Source: a virus
Lineage: Duplodnaviria > Caudoviricetes
Virus record (IMG/VR): IMGVR_UViG_3300027741_002957
Location: 1-53,953 of that record
DNA length: 53,953 nucleotides
Direction: 5' to 3' (one strand)
The position numbers and the translations under genes were made by a program. The notes under the pieces are model-generated. The model had not been told where the DNA came from, searched no databases, and saw nothing but the letters and a program-made list of their open reading frames with translations. The first letter of the stretch is position 1. Every line of letters starts with the position of its first letter. Positions 1 through 9,308 of this stretch are shown here, piece after piece.

Positions 1-185
1 AACTAATAGACACAGCTCTAGAACAGGGATGGTCGGTGAGTTTTCCTGACTGGGCACAGGGCATCAAGGATGCTGCAGATTCTAGCAAACGATATGGTAG
101 GTTATATACTATAGCCAGTGTTATACAGGCTAGAACCAAAAGCACGTTGGAAATCAGCATGAAACGACAGATGATGAGGAGTTAA
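1..185 (+). CDS. DNA primase, C-terminal fragment (partial, runs off window start)
   Basis: Frame 3 reads ...LIDTALEQGWSVSFPDWAQGIKDAADSSKRYGRLYTI...MMRS* (TAA 183-185). It resembles the end of a phage primase Toprim domain and lies directly upstream of the helicase. Confidence 0.65.
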   Translation, partial: LIDTALEQGWSVSFPDWAQGIKDAADSSKRYGRLYTIASVIQARTKSTLEISMKRQMMRS

Positions 186-186
186 C

Positions 187-819
187 GTGGCCAAAACACC
201 TACAGAAACCAAAGAATACACTGAGGAAAAACAAAAACTACTCATTGACGTCCTTTTGAGCAGCGAAGAAATCTTTGCTCGCTGCCAAAATATCCTCAAT
301 GCCAAGTACTTCGTCAACAAATATCGCCCTGCCATGCGATTTATCATGCAGCATGCTGAAAAATATCGCATCTTACCAAAATTTGAACAGGTCAATGCTG
401 AAACTGGGCTAACATTTAACAAGATAGAAAACATAGCCCCACAGCATCAGGATGCTTTTCTAGACGAGATTGAAGAGTTCTGTAAAAACCGTGCACTGGC
501 TGATGCGGTGTTGAATGCTGTCGATCTCATAGAAAAAGGCAACTACGGCGAAGTTGAAAAATTAGTTAGAGAAGCCATACTGATTAGTCTGCAAAGTGAT
601 ATAGGCACTAACTATTTCGAAGATCCTAGATTAAGGCTGATGAAGATCAAAGACAACAACGGTCAGATCAGCACTGGCTGGCGAGACATTGACGACAAAC
701 TCTATGGTGGAGTAAATCGTGGTGAGATAACCATTTGGTGTGGCGGTAGTGGATGTGTAGTGGCAGATACCAAGATTCAGATCATTAAATTGTTAGATTT
801 GTCAGAGTCAGCAAGGTGA
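187..819 (+). CDS. gp41/DnaB-like replicative helicase, N-terminal piece, ending in a 21-aa split-intein N-fragment
   Basis: ISTGWRDIDDKLYGGVNRGEITIWCGGSG is the first half of Walker A. It is followed by CVVADTKIQII... (intein block A) and a stop. Confidence 0.9.
   Translation: MAKTPTETKEYTEEKQKLLIDVLLSSEEIFARCQNILNAKYFVNKYRPAMRFIMQHAEKYRILPKFEQVNAETGLTFNKIENIAPQHQDAFLDEIEEFCKNRALADAVLNAVDLIEKGNYGEVEKLVREAILISLQSDIGTNYFEDPRLRLMKIKDNNGQISTGWRDIDDKLYGGVNRGEITIWCGGSGCVVADTKIQIIKLLDLSESAR
754..819 (+). mobile_element. Atypical split intein N-fragment (IntN, 21 aa) in helicase
   Basis: Cys1 is TGT at 754. CVVADTKIQIIKLLDLSESAR* contains only block A. Confidence 0.85.
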
Positions 820-850
820 AGCAGATCTCAAGAAGAAAGGTTCAATATAG

Positions 851-1324
851 ATGATTTACAACGTAAAAAAATATGAATATGTCAATCAGTATTATACTGC
901 TGCTCAGATTGAATCATATTGCGCTGGTGACAACTCTAAATTAGATAAACTTTGGCATTCTGCACAACCAGTGGAAATCACAATAAAGGATTTTATTGAC
1001 CAATGGGAATACGGCAAATATTTGATTAACAGTCCCGACGGATACATACCCGTTGTTGATACTATTATTAAGCAGAAAATAAAGATGTATGAGATAACAA
1101 CAGAATTGGGCAAGTCGTTGACCTGCAGTTATGATCATTATCTACAGGGCCCGTCAGCGGAGTGGATATACGCTCAGAATCTCAGCATTGGAGACAAGAT
1201 ACTAACCAAAGACGGTATAGAACGCATAACCTGTGTGCAAGAATTACCCGGAGACACGACATATGACATTGAAGTAGGACACGAAAATCATAGGTACTAC
1301 ACCAATGGGCTATCTAGCCACAAT
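851..1324 (+). mobile_element. Split intein C-fragment (IntC, 158 aa) in helicase
   Basis: Block B LTCSYDH, block F TYDIEV, block G SSHN, then Ser+1. Confidence 0.88.
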
Positions 1325-2560
1325 AGTGGCAAATCGCTGTTCTTGCAGAACATTAGCCTCAACCTGGTCAAACAGGGTATGAATGTAATCTACATCACAT
1401 TGGAGTTGAGTGAGGAACTTTGTAGCATGCGCATGGACAGTATGTTGAGCGAAGTTCAAACCAAAGAAATCTTTCGCAAGATAGATGAGGTAGAAATACG
1501 TGTAAAACAAGCAGGCAAGCGCAGTGGTTTGCTGCATGTCAAACAGTTACCCCAAGGCAGTACCTGCAATGATATCAAGGCCTATCTCAAGACCTATGAG
1601 ATTGAAACACAACGTAAACCAGATGTTCTAGTTGTAGACTATCTCGATCTATTGTTTCCCAACAACAAGAAAATTGACCCCAGCAACCTATTTGTCAAGG
1701 ACAAGTTTGTCACAGAAGAACTGCGCGGACTAATGGTAGAACGTCAAATGATTGGCATGACCGCCGCCCAGTTGAATCGCTGCCTTTCTACAGATACTGA
1801 GGTAGTTTCAAATGGAGTTAAAACAAAAATCTTAGAAGTTAACGTTGGCGATTGGCTAGATTCATCTGAAGGTCCAGTGCAAATTTTAGAAAAATTGCCT
1901 GTAATTAAACAACCAGTGTTCAAAATCACAACAAAAAGTGGTAAAACTGTGACATGTAGTGCAAAACATAAATTTCCCACCAAATCTGGATTAAAAAGTT
2001 TAGAATCTGGGCTAAAGATTGGCGATTCTTTGTCTGTAGTGATAAACATGTATCAACTTTTTAAAATAGATGACGAAATTACATCAATTGAATATATTGG
2101 AGTTGAAGATACAGTAGATATAAATGTATCTGGAAATAAATTATTTTATGCCAACGAAATTTTAACACACAATTCCTCAGTTCAAGAACAAGAACACGAT
2201 CACAGTCATATTTCGGGTGGTATTTCCAAGATCCAAACGGCGGATAATGTGATTTCTATCTTTGCCAGCGCTGCTATGAAAGAACGTGGTCAGTATCAGG
2301 TGCAGTTTCTCAAGACGCGCTCGTCTAGTGGTGTTGGTAGCAAGGTCAATCTTGGATTTGATCCAAATACCTTGCAGATATTCAACAGTGATGATGACAG
2401 TGCAGCAGTTGTAACCAGCAGTGCCACTGCAGATGTTTTTGCAGATCTCAGAAGGAAGAATTCATCCGCTGCTAAGAAGGCTGATGGCGACCAAAAGTCT
2501 ACAGATTCAACAAAAAGCATCAAAGATCTCAGCGCATTAACAGCACTGGTACGTCGTTAA
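851..2560 (+). CDS. gp41/DnaB-like helicase, C-terminal piece: IntC, extein, cis mini-intein, extein
   Basis: After ...GLSSHN the sequence SGKSLFLQN completes Walker A. Also YITLELSE, VVDYLDLL (Walker B), AAQLNR, and KIQTADNVI...KTRSS. Confidence 0.92.
   Translation: MIYNVKKYEYVNQYYTAAQIESYCAGDNSKLDKLWHSAQPVEITIKDFIDQWEYGKYLINSPDGYIPVVDTIIKQKIKMYEITTELGKSLTCSYDHYLQGPSAEWIYAQNLSIGDKILTKDGIERITCVQELPGDTTYDIEVGHENHRYYTNGLSSHNSGKSLFLQNISLNLVKQGMNVIYITLELSEELCSMRMDSMLSEVQTKEIFRKIDEVEIRVKQAGKRSGLLHVKQLPQGSTCNDIKAYLKTYEIETQRKPDVLVVDYLDLLFPNNKKIDPSNLFVKDKFVTEELRGLMVERQMIGMTAAQLNRCLSTDTEVVSNGVKTKILEVNVGDWLDSSEGPVQILEKLPVIKQPVFKITTKSGKTVTCSAKHKFPTKSGLKSLESGLKIGDSLSVVINMYQLFKIDDEITSIEYIGVEDTVDINVSGNKLFYANEILTHNSSVQEQEHDHSHISGGISKIQTADNVISIFASAAMKERGQYQVQFLKTRSSSGVGSKVNLGFDPNTLQIFNSDDDSAAVVTSSATADVFADLRRKNSSAAKKADGDQKSTDSTKSIKDLSALTALVRR
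1781..2173 (+). mobile_element. Contiguous mini-intein (131 aa, no endonuclease) at the QLNR|SS site of helicase
   Basis: CLSTDTEV...TCSAKH...TVDINVSGNKLFYANEILTHN|S. The DNA is more AT-rich than the flanking exteins. Confidence 0.93.
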
Positions 2561-3318
2561 TGCGCTGACTTGTACTGTAGCACATCTCCAACCAGCAGCA
2601 TCAGAGCCACTACTATGTGTGAAAATTCTCTGCTGCTGATGGCCTGCTCATCGCCCTCAACATGGTTTACCATGCTGGCAATACTTTTCAATGCTGATGC
2701 TTCTTGACCATTTTTGGCGGCTGTAAGTGCAGACACTACACCTGTCATAACATGTGAAATGCCGCCATTTTTTGTTCGATTATTCATACCCTTGATGATA
2801 TGGTAGACCAGTTTGGTTGCCTGAAGTTTAGACACTGGACTGGTATTACCGGCATCCTTGATTACTGTTGTTAGATCTTTAATGCTGGCAATTTTGGTTT
2901 TGGTATCATTAGCCTCGGTAATTTCTTCAGTTGATTCAGCTGCAGATACGGCCTTGATATTATTCAACAGGGATCCTTTATCGCCCGATGCCAACATATG
3001 ATCAAATGCCGTAGCCAGCGCCAGAGTTTGTTTACTGTCTAGTTGCGGTTTATCGCTTTGTAGTGCCGCTATAGCACTTTTGAAACTACCCTGAAGATCC
3101 TGCGGAATGTCAAGCCTTTGTATCAGTTCACCAACATTGAGATTACCTGCTATCTTCTGAAGTCCGGCTGGTTTAGTCAAAAGGTCATCAATAGATTGGC
3201 TGCTTTTGGAGGCTGACAAATCATCGGCTTCATCGACTGCAGACATATATTCAGATAGTGTATCTACCAGACGCCTAAAGTCTTCGGCAATATATTGTGA
3301 CATGATTTGACTCTCCAA
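2557..3318 (-). CDS. Hypothetical late protein (possible head-internal protein)
   Basis: 253-aa ORF with TATAAATA on the minus strand at 3329-3336. It has x-x-E motifs (TLSE, AVDE, EITE). Confidence 0.6.
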   Translation of the reverse strand: MESQIMSQYIAEDFRRLVDTLSEYMSAVDEADDLSASKSSQSIDDLLTKPAGLQKIAGNLNVGELIQRLDIPQDLQGSFKSAIAALQSDKPQLDSKQTLALATAFDHMLASGDKGSLLNNIKAVSAAESTEEITEANDTKTKIASIKDLTTVIKDAGNTSPVSKLQATKLVYHIIKGMNNRTKNGGISHVMTGVVSALTAAKNGQEASALKSIASMVNHVEGDEQAISSREFSHIVVALMLLVGDVLQYKSAH

Positions 3319-3328
3319 GGTATCAGTC

Positions 3329-3359
3329 TATTTATATATTTGGCTAGCAGGTATAAATA
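3329..3359. promoter_or_regulatory. Divergent pair of T4-type late promoters
   Basis: TATAAATA on + at 3352-3359 and on - at 3329-3336, between divergent ORFs. Confidence 0.75.
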
Positions 3360-3384
3360 TCGCTAGATCAAACAGGAATATATC

Positions 3385-3630
3385 GTGGATCATATTAAGA
3401 ATTTCATAGATGAACTCGACGCGATTGTTCCAGCAAAGAGCAAACATACCGTCATCGAAAGCAGAGCCACTCATCTCATTGCTAGTGCAGTTAATCTTGT
3501 GCGCTTAATCAGAGAAAGTTATCCGACTGAGCAGGCCGAAGATTTGGTCAAACGTTTGCATCGCAGCATCCTTAGTGAGGATGACAAAAAATTCACCCGC
3601 AAAATCAAAGAATTGAGGAAAGACAGATGA
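3385..3630 (+). CDS. Hypothetical phage protein
   Basis: 81 aa, RBS AGGA, downstream of a late promoter, ATGA overlap with the next ORF. Confidence 0.7.
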   Translation: MDHIKNFIDELDAIVPAKSKHTVIESRATHLIASAVNLVRLIRESYPTEQAEDLVKRLHRSILSEDDKKFTRKIKELRKDR

Positions 3631-4325
3631 ACTCGGAGATGAGACATTATCTTGACATCGTAGAAGATAAAAATTCAATAATACACGAAGGAATACTGGA
3701 CAGTATCAAGAAATGGGTATCAGGCCTTGGAGGCCCGGTAAAACAACGCGGCCAAGAATTGATCAACGATCTTGCAGCACAATTGAAAAGCAAATATGGT
3801 GCTGCTGTCCCAAAACAGACACAGCAGGCCAATCGTGATTGGATGTGGGGCAAACTTACTTATAAAAATCTCTATGACTTTTTAAAGAAAAACCAATTTG
3901 AGGATGCTGATATTGATACAGCATTGCGTAATTCTATAGTCAGCAACAACCTCAAACAGTTGTTTCGTACTCTACCAGCAGATGTTGAAAAACCAACACT
4001 GCCGCTGAAAGGCGCAACCATACGGAACAATACTAATTTTATCTCTGCGGCTGTTGACAGCCAGACTAAACAGTACCTATCAAAGGCCATAGCGCTGGCT
4101 GTTATAGATGGTCTTTCATATATTGATCAAGATAAAAAAAGCCAAGAGAAGCCAACAGCACCTTCGACACAACCGCCCGATACCACTGCAGAGCCAACTG
4201 CATCAAAACCTTCTGCTGGTACTGCACCAGCAACCTCTCCGGCCACTGCTGAAGATCCAGTGAAAATTAAAGCAGCAGTTGACAAACTGAAAACCTATCT
4301 AGCCAGTAAAGGAGCCGCAGCGTGA
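3627..4325 (+). CDS. Hypothetical late protein with Pro/Thr/Ala linker
   Basis: 232 aa, N-terminal MRHYLDIVE...IIHE|G motif, coupled overlaps on both sides. Confidence 0.7.
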   Translation: MNSEMRHYLDIVEDKNSIIHEGILDSIKKWVSGLGGPVKQRGQELINDLAAQLKSKYGAAVPKQTQQANRDWMWGKLTYKNLYDFLKKNQFEDADIDTALRNSIVSNNLKQLFRTLPADVEKPTLPLKGATIRNNTNFISAAVDSQTKQYLSKAIALAVIDGLSYIDQDKKSQEKPTAPSTQPPDTTAEPTASKPSAGTAPATSPATAEDPVKIKAAVDKLKTYLASKGAAA

Positions 4326-6277
4326 TGAAACAGCATCAATGGGCTTATCAGCAATATGGTTGGACTGACTTGACACCTGCCAACCGTCTAGTTTTTGAAA
4401 ATATAGAACTGAATGTCATGCCTCTGCGCAGGAATCTTAAGATCCTAATGGAAGCAGAACTATCACAAAATCAAATTGAACAAATGTTCAAATATGCAGA
4501 GGACATCAGCAGGCAAAAAGGCTATAAGACTGGGTTTGGAAAGGCTGCAAGCCTACCAAAAGAAGCCATGTCAAAGGTCAATGGAGTCTTGGGAAAGTTT
4601 GGCACAGAATTACAAAATAGTGCACCAGTCAAGGCGTTTGATCAAAAATTTGATGAACTCAAAGACAAGATAAAGACCAAATTAGGATCATCCAAAAAAG
4701 GACAGGACTTTGTAATATTCATCGAGCAATTAGGCTCTGCAGCCAAAGCCAACCCAGTTTGGCAATCTGCCATAATAGGCCTTTTGGTAGCAGGATCCAG
4801 TCTGTTGTTGGGACCAGCAAGTATCCCTGTTGTGGGCTTTCTCTTAAAAGGCGCAGCCGAACTAATAAAGGGTGAAAAACTCAGTACTGCTATTGGCAAA
4901 GGTGTAAAAACTGCAGCATTTGGTTATCTGGCAGGGCATGTTATAGGATCAATTGTCAGTTGGGCACAGGGATTGCATGTGGTAGCCAATACTATTGCAC
5001 CTGATGTAGTCAAGGTTACTATAGATGCCAGCCAAAATCTACATGGAATAGCCAGCAAATTCCACTTGTCCGATGTTGTTATGACCGTAGCTGATAAGGC
5101 TAAATTAGATAAATTGATATTGGATTTTGGTGATCCGTCGCATATTGGCAGCGCATACAAAAACCTATTGAATTTTTCAAAACATCTAGCCAGCCCTGAA
5201 TATGTTTCCCAACTTGCACAGCAGGCTGGTACAGCAGCAGTAAATCAAGCATCACAGGCAGCCTTTGCTAACAGTGTACAAAACATAGGTGCTGTAATTC
5301 AAGCTGCCGCCGGCGGCGCAGCCAGCGCAGCAGGAGCAAAAGATCTAAAAGAAACTCGACAATTACCTCGTGCAGTAATGGAAGGTATGTGGGCCGACCT
5401 AACACTGAAGTTTGGCGCTGGTAAATTGAATAAAACATGGATCAAAGCCGGACGTCCCACGGACAGTGTTGATATTGCCGAAATGTTGGCCAACATGGGT
5501 ATGGACAACGACGATATTGGAGAACTTATGACCAAATCTGGACTGTCGCCTGATGACGTTTCTGCTACCTTGAAAGGGTTAGCCACATTAGGTGACGACG
5601 AAGGTCTTGAGGCTCCATTTGTCAGTGGTATTGAGGATCTCGATAATGAAGCTAAAAAGATACTCAAGACACAGGGTGAAAAAGCCTTTGACGACTTTTG
5701 GAAGGCAAAACTTCCAGAACTGGAGAAAAAGGTATCCCCTGCTACACCCCCTGCTACACCCCCTGCTACACCCCCTGCTACACCCCCTGCTACACCCCCT
5801 GACCCTGCCGCTGCCGCTGCCGCCTTCGCCACCGATCTGCGTAATGGCATTGCCGCTGCCATACCCCCTGCCAAAAAAACACGGACTGGTGGTAAACAAC
5901 CTGGACAAGTCAGCCAGACACAGAATGCTAAACAAAAGCGTGCCGCTAGAGCAGCTGCCAAAGCCAAACTTAGTGAAAGTATTGACAGGAAACTTGCAGC
6001 AATCAATGAAATACTTAGTATCATCAGAGAAAACAAACTCAGCAATCGCAGCAGGAAAATCAAAATAAAAGCACTGCTGGAATATGCATCAGGTGGCAGC
6101 ACGTCTGCAGGCAATATAGGCAGCATACCTGGTACAGGCGGCCCAATGATGCCTGTAATAAGACGCATGCCAGCCGGACAAAGTTTTTTTGGGCCAGCAG
6201 GCACGTTACCAGCAGAGCAAAACCAAAAAAGACGCAAGACCAAGGGGAAACGTAGTTCAAAATCAAATGTGACATAA
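4322..6277 (+). CDS. Large hypothetical late protein with hydrophobic hairpin and PATP repeat (possible ejection/internal protein)
   Basis: 651 aa with hydrophobic segment WQSAIIGLLVAGSSLLLGPASIPVVGFLL, multiple x-x-E motifs and a basic C-terminus. Confidence 0.7.
   Translation: MMKQHQWAYQQYGWTDLTPANRLVFENIELNVMPLRRNLKILMEAELSQNQIEQMFKYAEDISRQKGYKTGFGKAASLPKEAMSKVNGVLGKFGTELQNSAPVKAFDQKFDELKDKIKTKLGSSKKGQDFVIFIEQLGSAAKANPVWQSAIIGLLVAGSSLLLGPASIPVVGFLLKGAAELIKGEKLSTAIGKGVKTAAFGYLAGHVIGSIVSWAQGLHVVANTIAPDVVKVTIDASQNLHGIASKFHLSDVVMTVADKAKLDKLILDFGDPSHIGSAYKNLLNFSKHLASPEYVSQLAQQAGTAAVNQASQAAFANSVQNIGAVIQAAAGGAASAAGAKDLKETRQLPRAVMEGMWADLTLKFGAGKLNKTWIKAGRPTDSVDIAEMLANMGMDNDDIGELMTKSGLSPDDVSATLKGLATLGDDEGLEAPFVSGIEDLDNEAKKILKTQGEKAFDDFWKAKLPELEKKVSPATPPATPPATPPATPPATPPDPAAAAAAFATDLRNGIAAAIPPAKKTRTGGKQPGQVSQTQNAKQKRAARAAAKAKLSESIDRKLAAINEILSIIRENKLSNRSRKIKIKALLEYASGGSTSAGNIGSIPGTGGPMMPVIRRMPAGQSFFGPAGTLPAEQNQKRRKTKGKRSSKSNVT
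5736..5801 (+). repeat. 12-bp tandem repeat (CCCCTGCTACAC) x5.5 encoding (PATP)n
   Basis: Directly visible at 5736-5801. Confidence 0.95.
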
Positions 6278-6280
6278 ATA
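6273..6280 (+). promoter_or_regulatory. Late promoter CATAAATA
   Basis: Upstream of the strong RBS AAGGAG of ORF 6322. The same NATAAATA motif occurs at 7168, 9260, 19106, 24410, 26652, 33318, 36302, 38876 and 48577 (+), and at 15738, 46475, 48492 and 53847 (-). Confidence 0.65.
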
Positions 6281-6321
6281 TGTTTGCAAAACAAGATTTG
6301 CACTTTTAAGGAGAACAAATT

Positions 6322-7104
6322 ATGGCCTATAATTCAGGCACCAACAACCGTGTAAACGGTGGTGCTCTTGGTGGGAACTTCCTCACAGGTAGCATGGATT
6401 TTTTCACCGTTGCTACCCTGGTACCAGTGTTCCAGACCAACGTTGATACCCCCATCAACCTGCTCTACACCCAACAGGGCTACAGCACTTGGCAGACTGT
6501 TACAGTTGTTGACGGTACTGGCACGGCTCAGACCTACAGCACAGCATCAGCTTACCAGGATGCTTATACCAAGCAGTACAACTTGAACCTGCTGCAACAA
6601 TTGTTTGCACAAAATGTCAACCCAGTTGCCATCAGTGTTAACTATGCAACATCTTCAAATCCAAGTGCCATTAACCTAACTGCTACACAGTTGAACAGTG
6701 TCACTAACTACAGCTACAGCAACGACTTCGGCTCAGACTATGATGGGTCCATGACTGTTTATTACGTGAAGTTCATCACTGAGCGTACACAGTATTGGTA
6801 TGTAAACGGATCAACCCTCAACAGCCCCAACTGGGATACCAATTCAACTGGTTATCAGTTCCTTGATGCGCTGGATAATGCAACAACAGCTGGTGTGACT
6901 GTGTTTGATCTACAATCACCAGTGCTGAACGGTTCAACCACAGCAGGTACTGTTACATCACTTAGTAACCAGACTGTCAACGTCAACACCAACTACTTTG
7001 AAGTTGCCCCAGGTGCAACACTCAACACAGTTGCTTATGTTGCTACACTTGCCAATGCTGGTTCACCTAACGTACCAAACCAGAACGCTCTTCCAACTCC
7101 ATAA
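6322..7104 (+). CDS. Virion structural protein (probably abundant)
   Basis: 260 aa, rich in N/T/S/Y and nearly free of charged residues. It has its own late promoter, strong RBS and terminator. Confidence 0.65.
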   Translation: MAYNSGTNNRVNGGALGGNFLTGSMDFFTVATLVPVFQTNVDTPINLLYTQQGYSTWQTVTVVDGTGTAQTYSTASAYQDAYTKQYNLNLLQQLFAQNVNPVAISVNYATSSNPSAINLTATQLNSVTNYSYSNDFGSDYDGSMTVYYVKFITERTQYWYVNGSTLNSPNWDTNSTGYQFLDALDNATTAGVTVFDLQSPVLNGSTTAGTVTSLSNQTVNVNTNYFEVAPGATLNTVAYVATLANAGSPNVPNQNALPTP

Positions 7105-7125
7105 TTGCTGTTGGACAAGTGAATA

Positions 7126-7159
7126 ATCATGAAAGGCGCAGCGATGCGCCTTTCATGAT
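7126..7159 (+). terminator. Stem-loop terminator
   Basis: ATCATGAAAGGCGCA-GCGA-TGCGCCTTTCATGAT: perfect 15-bp stem with a GNRA loop. Confidence 0.8.
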
Positions 7160-7182
7160 GATCAACGCATAAATATTCTGCA

Positions 7183-7341
7183 ATGTTATTAGATCACATG
7201 TTCAGACCATCAGGTCCACTACAAATTGTCATTGTCCGCAAGGATGGTCGACTCTTTCACGACACACGTCCCCTTCCCCAGACCACCGACAATGATCTGT
7301 CGGATAAACCGTTGTTTCCGATCAGCAAAGACAGGTCATGA
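7183..7341 (+). CDS. Small hypothetical protein (52 aa, below track cutoff)
   Basis: MLLDHMFRPSGPLQIVIVRKDG...KDRS*. ATG is 7 nt after CATAAATA, and there is an ATGA overlap with ORF 7338. Confidence 0.5.
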   Translation: MLLDHMFRPSGPLQIVIVRKDGRLFHDTRPLPQTTDNDLSDKPLFPISKDRS

Positions 7342-8036
7342 AAACTTCACACGACTACCTTAGATCTTTATCAGAATTTTCAAAGGAGGACAATATGAAA
7401 CCCATGCACATTGTAGCAGAGCAGACCAATGAAGAATTAGTATTGTGGAATACCGAGGATGACCGTTGGAGCCGTCGTGCTAAACATCCCCTACGTGTGA
7501 ATGAAGTTCCTCGTGAAAGTACGATAATCTGGGAACAGGGTGATATGGCGTTGTACAAGTCACATCCAGTTGAAGTGACCGTGCCAAGTGGACCAAATGG
7601 TACCATAGGCATTATCTACGAAGGGCAAACCAAGATGGTACTAAAATCACGTCTTACCAAGATCGACGAGTCTGTATTTGGCAATATGCAGGCGATATTG
7701 CCCATTAACCGCATGATGCAGTTGGCCGGTATCAGCACCCCGCAGATCATGACGCCAACTGATCAGATTGCTGATGGAGACTCAGCTGTACAATTGACAG
7801 AAGACACGGGGACATTGTTTGATCAACTGTACAAAACCAATTTTGCTGGGCAATACAGGAACAATCCCACCGCAGCACAGGTAGCAACTATTGGTCAGAT
7901 TATGATAGGACTCCAAGGGCAGATGCAGGAAATACAAGACAAATTGCCTCCAGATCTTGCAACAAAATTACAGGCCGCAGTTGGCATCGGTGCAGCATTG
8001 ATCAATGCAGCAAAGGCCATGACACAAGACAAGTGA
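7338..8036 (+). CDS. Hypothetical late protein
   Basis: 232 aa. Contains RMMQLAGI and x-x-E motifs (KIDE, QLTE). Confidence 0.7.
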   Translation: MKTSHDYLRSLSEFSKEDNMKPMHIVAEQTNEELVLWNTEDDRWSRRAKHPLRVNEVPRESTIIWEQGDMALYKSHPVEVTVPSGPNGTIGIIYEGQTKMVLKSRLTKIDESVFGNMQAILPINRMMQLAGISTPQIMTPTDQIADGDSAVQLTEDTGTLFDQLYKTNFAGQYRNNPTAAQVATIGQIMIGLQGQMQEIQDKLPPDLATKLQAAVGIGAALINAAKAMTQDK

Positions 8037-8048
8037 TCGGGGACACAC

Positions 8049-8279
8049 ATGAAATTCATTGAGGTCAGCGGCGGGTGGCTTCAACCAGTCAGCAACGATG
8101 AAAATATCATAGTCGAGCGTGTCAGAGGACATGATGGACCTCTGCCAAAGGCTGTGCTGGATGAACATGAACAAGAACTGGCAAGGAATTTAGTTTACAG
8201 AGGAATATTGACCAGGTTTGTTTATGAAGGTAATTTATGTTTTGCTGTAAATGATCTAGAGGACCTATGGGAGAACTAG
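8049..8279 (+). CDS. Small hypothetical protein (winged-helix-like)
   Basis: 76 aa, LDEHEQELARNLVYRGILTR, RBS GGGGA. Confidence 0.6.
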   Translation: MKFIEVSGGWLQPVSNDENIIVERVRGHDGPLPKAVLDEHEQELARNLVYRGILTRFVYEGNLCFAVNDLEDLWEN

Positions 8280-8280
8280 A

Positions 8281-8937
8281 ATGGCAACGGTAACACTAGA
8301 AGAACGTGAAGCTATGTTGCGACTACGCAACATAATGGAAGGTGATATATCAATACCTGCAACTGATTTTAAATCAACCGCACCATCTGGTGTGGAACTA
8401 GCCGGACCCGGTCAGATCACGTCATCAGATGTAAATGCTATGGCAGATGTTCTAAAACGTCTCAACAATCTCAGCAACCATGTTGTGAACGACATGATCA
8501 CAGAAAGTGCTAATAATTCTCAGATACAAGAAGCCATGGCAACATCCCGTACAGCAACTGGGATCAAAGTTGGAAGGTATCAAATTGATATCAAGGAAGA
8601 TCACACAAGACTAGCCGGTAAACAATTCTACAGCATCTACAATGGTTTGACCAAAGACACCATTGCAAATGACATCAGCCTTTATGAAACAGCCTTAGCT
8701 GCTGTACGTTTGCTGAATTCGGGAAAATTTGTTAATAGCCCAGAGATTCGCCAACTTTTTGAGCAGGATGATGTATATACCAGCCACAGGGTCGATGCTC
8801 TAACCTACAAGCGAAAATTAAACAATATAAAAGATCCAACCAAGAGAGATCTGTATGAAAGTCGCCTACAGGGGTGCATGGATCGCTGTATGAATGCCAA
8901 AAAATTAATTAAAAAACTGGCAAAAAATGGCAATTGA
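8281..8937 (+). CDS. Hypothetical phage protein
   Basis: 218 aa in an operon, RBS GGAG. Confidence 0.7.
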   Translation: MATVTLEEREAMLRLRNIMEGDISIPATDFKSTAPSGVELAGPGQITSSDVNAMADVLKRLNNLSNHVVNDMITESANNSQIQEAMATSRTATGIKVGRYQIDIKEDHTRLAGKQFYSIYNGLTKDTIANDISLYETALAAVRLLNSGKFVNSPEIRQLFEQDDVYTSHRVDALTYKRKLNNIKDPTKRDLYESRLQGCMDRCMNAKKLIKKLAKNGN

Positions 8938-9241
8938 AATTAAACCTTCGGCCCAACAAAGAATAGGCGAAATCTGTGCCAAGGACCGCCTGGTAAGGTT
9001 GAGCATTACCAGTGGGGGTTGTCAGGGTTTCAACAAGGTCTGGGACCTTGTTGACTCAATCAACAACGACGATGAAATCTTTGAAATTGGTCAAGGCCGA
9101 CTGGCCATAGATGCGGCTAGTCTTGAAATACTCGGTGATGCTGTGATAGACTTCAAGACTGCATTTGACGGTTCATACTTTACTGTGGAAATACCCAGTG
9201 CAACCAGTACCTGCGGTTGTGGTACTTCATTTTCAATCTAA
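8927..9241 (+). CDS. iscA: A-type Fe-S carrier (IscA/ErpA/HesB family)
   Basis: RLSITSGGCQGF and C-terminal TCGCGTSF motifs. Confidence 0.9.
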   Translation: MAIEIKPSAQQRIGEICAKDRLVRLSITSGGCQGFNKVWDLVDSINNDDEIFEIGQGRLAIDAASLEILGDAVIDFKTAFDGSYFTVEIPSATSTCGCGTSFSI

Positions 9242-9308
9242 CTGATATCCCGGGGTTCACATAAATAGTCGAACAGCATAGGCCTGCATGGTCGGGAGAT
9301 CTTACCAA

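Noticed and set aside
5299-6318. Long antisense and alternate-frame ORFs (5299-6318, 5592-6068, 10766-11332, 49287-49718 and similar)
   Set aside because: They are shadows of low-complexity or repeat-containing sense genes and lack RBS or promoter support.
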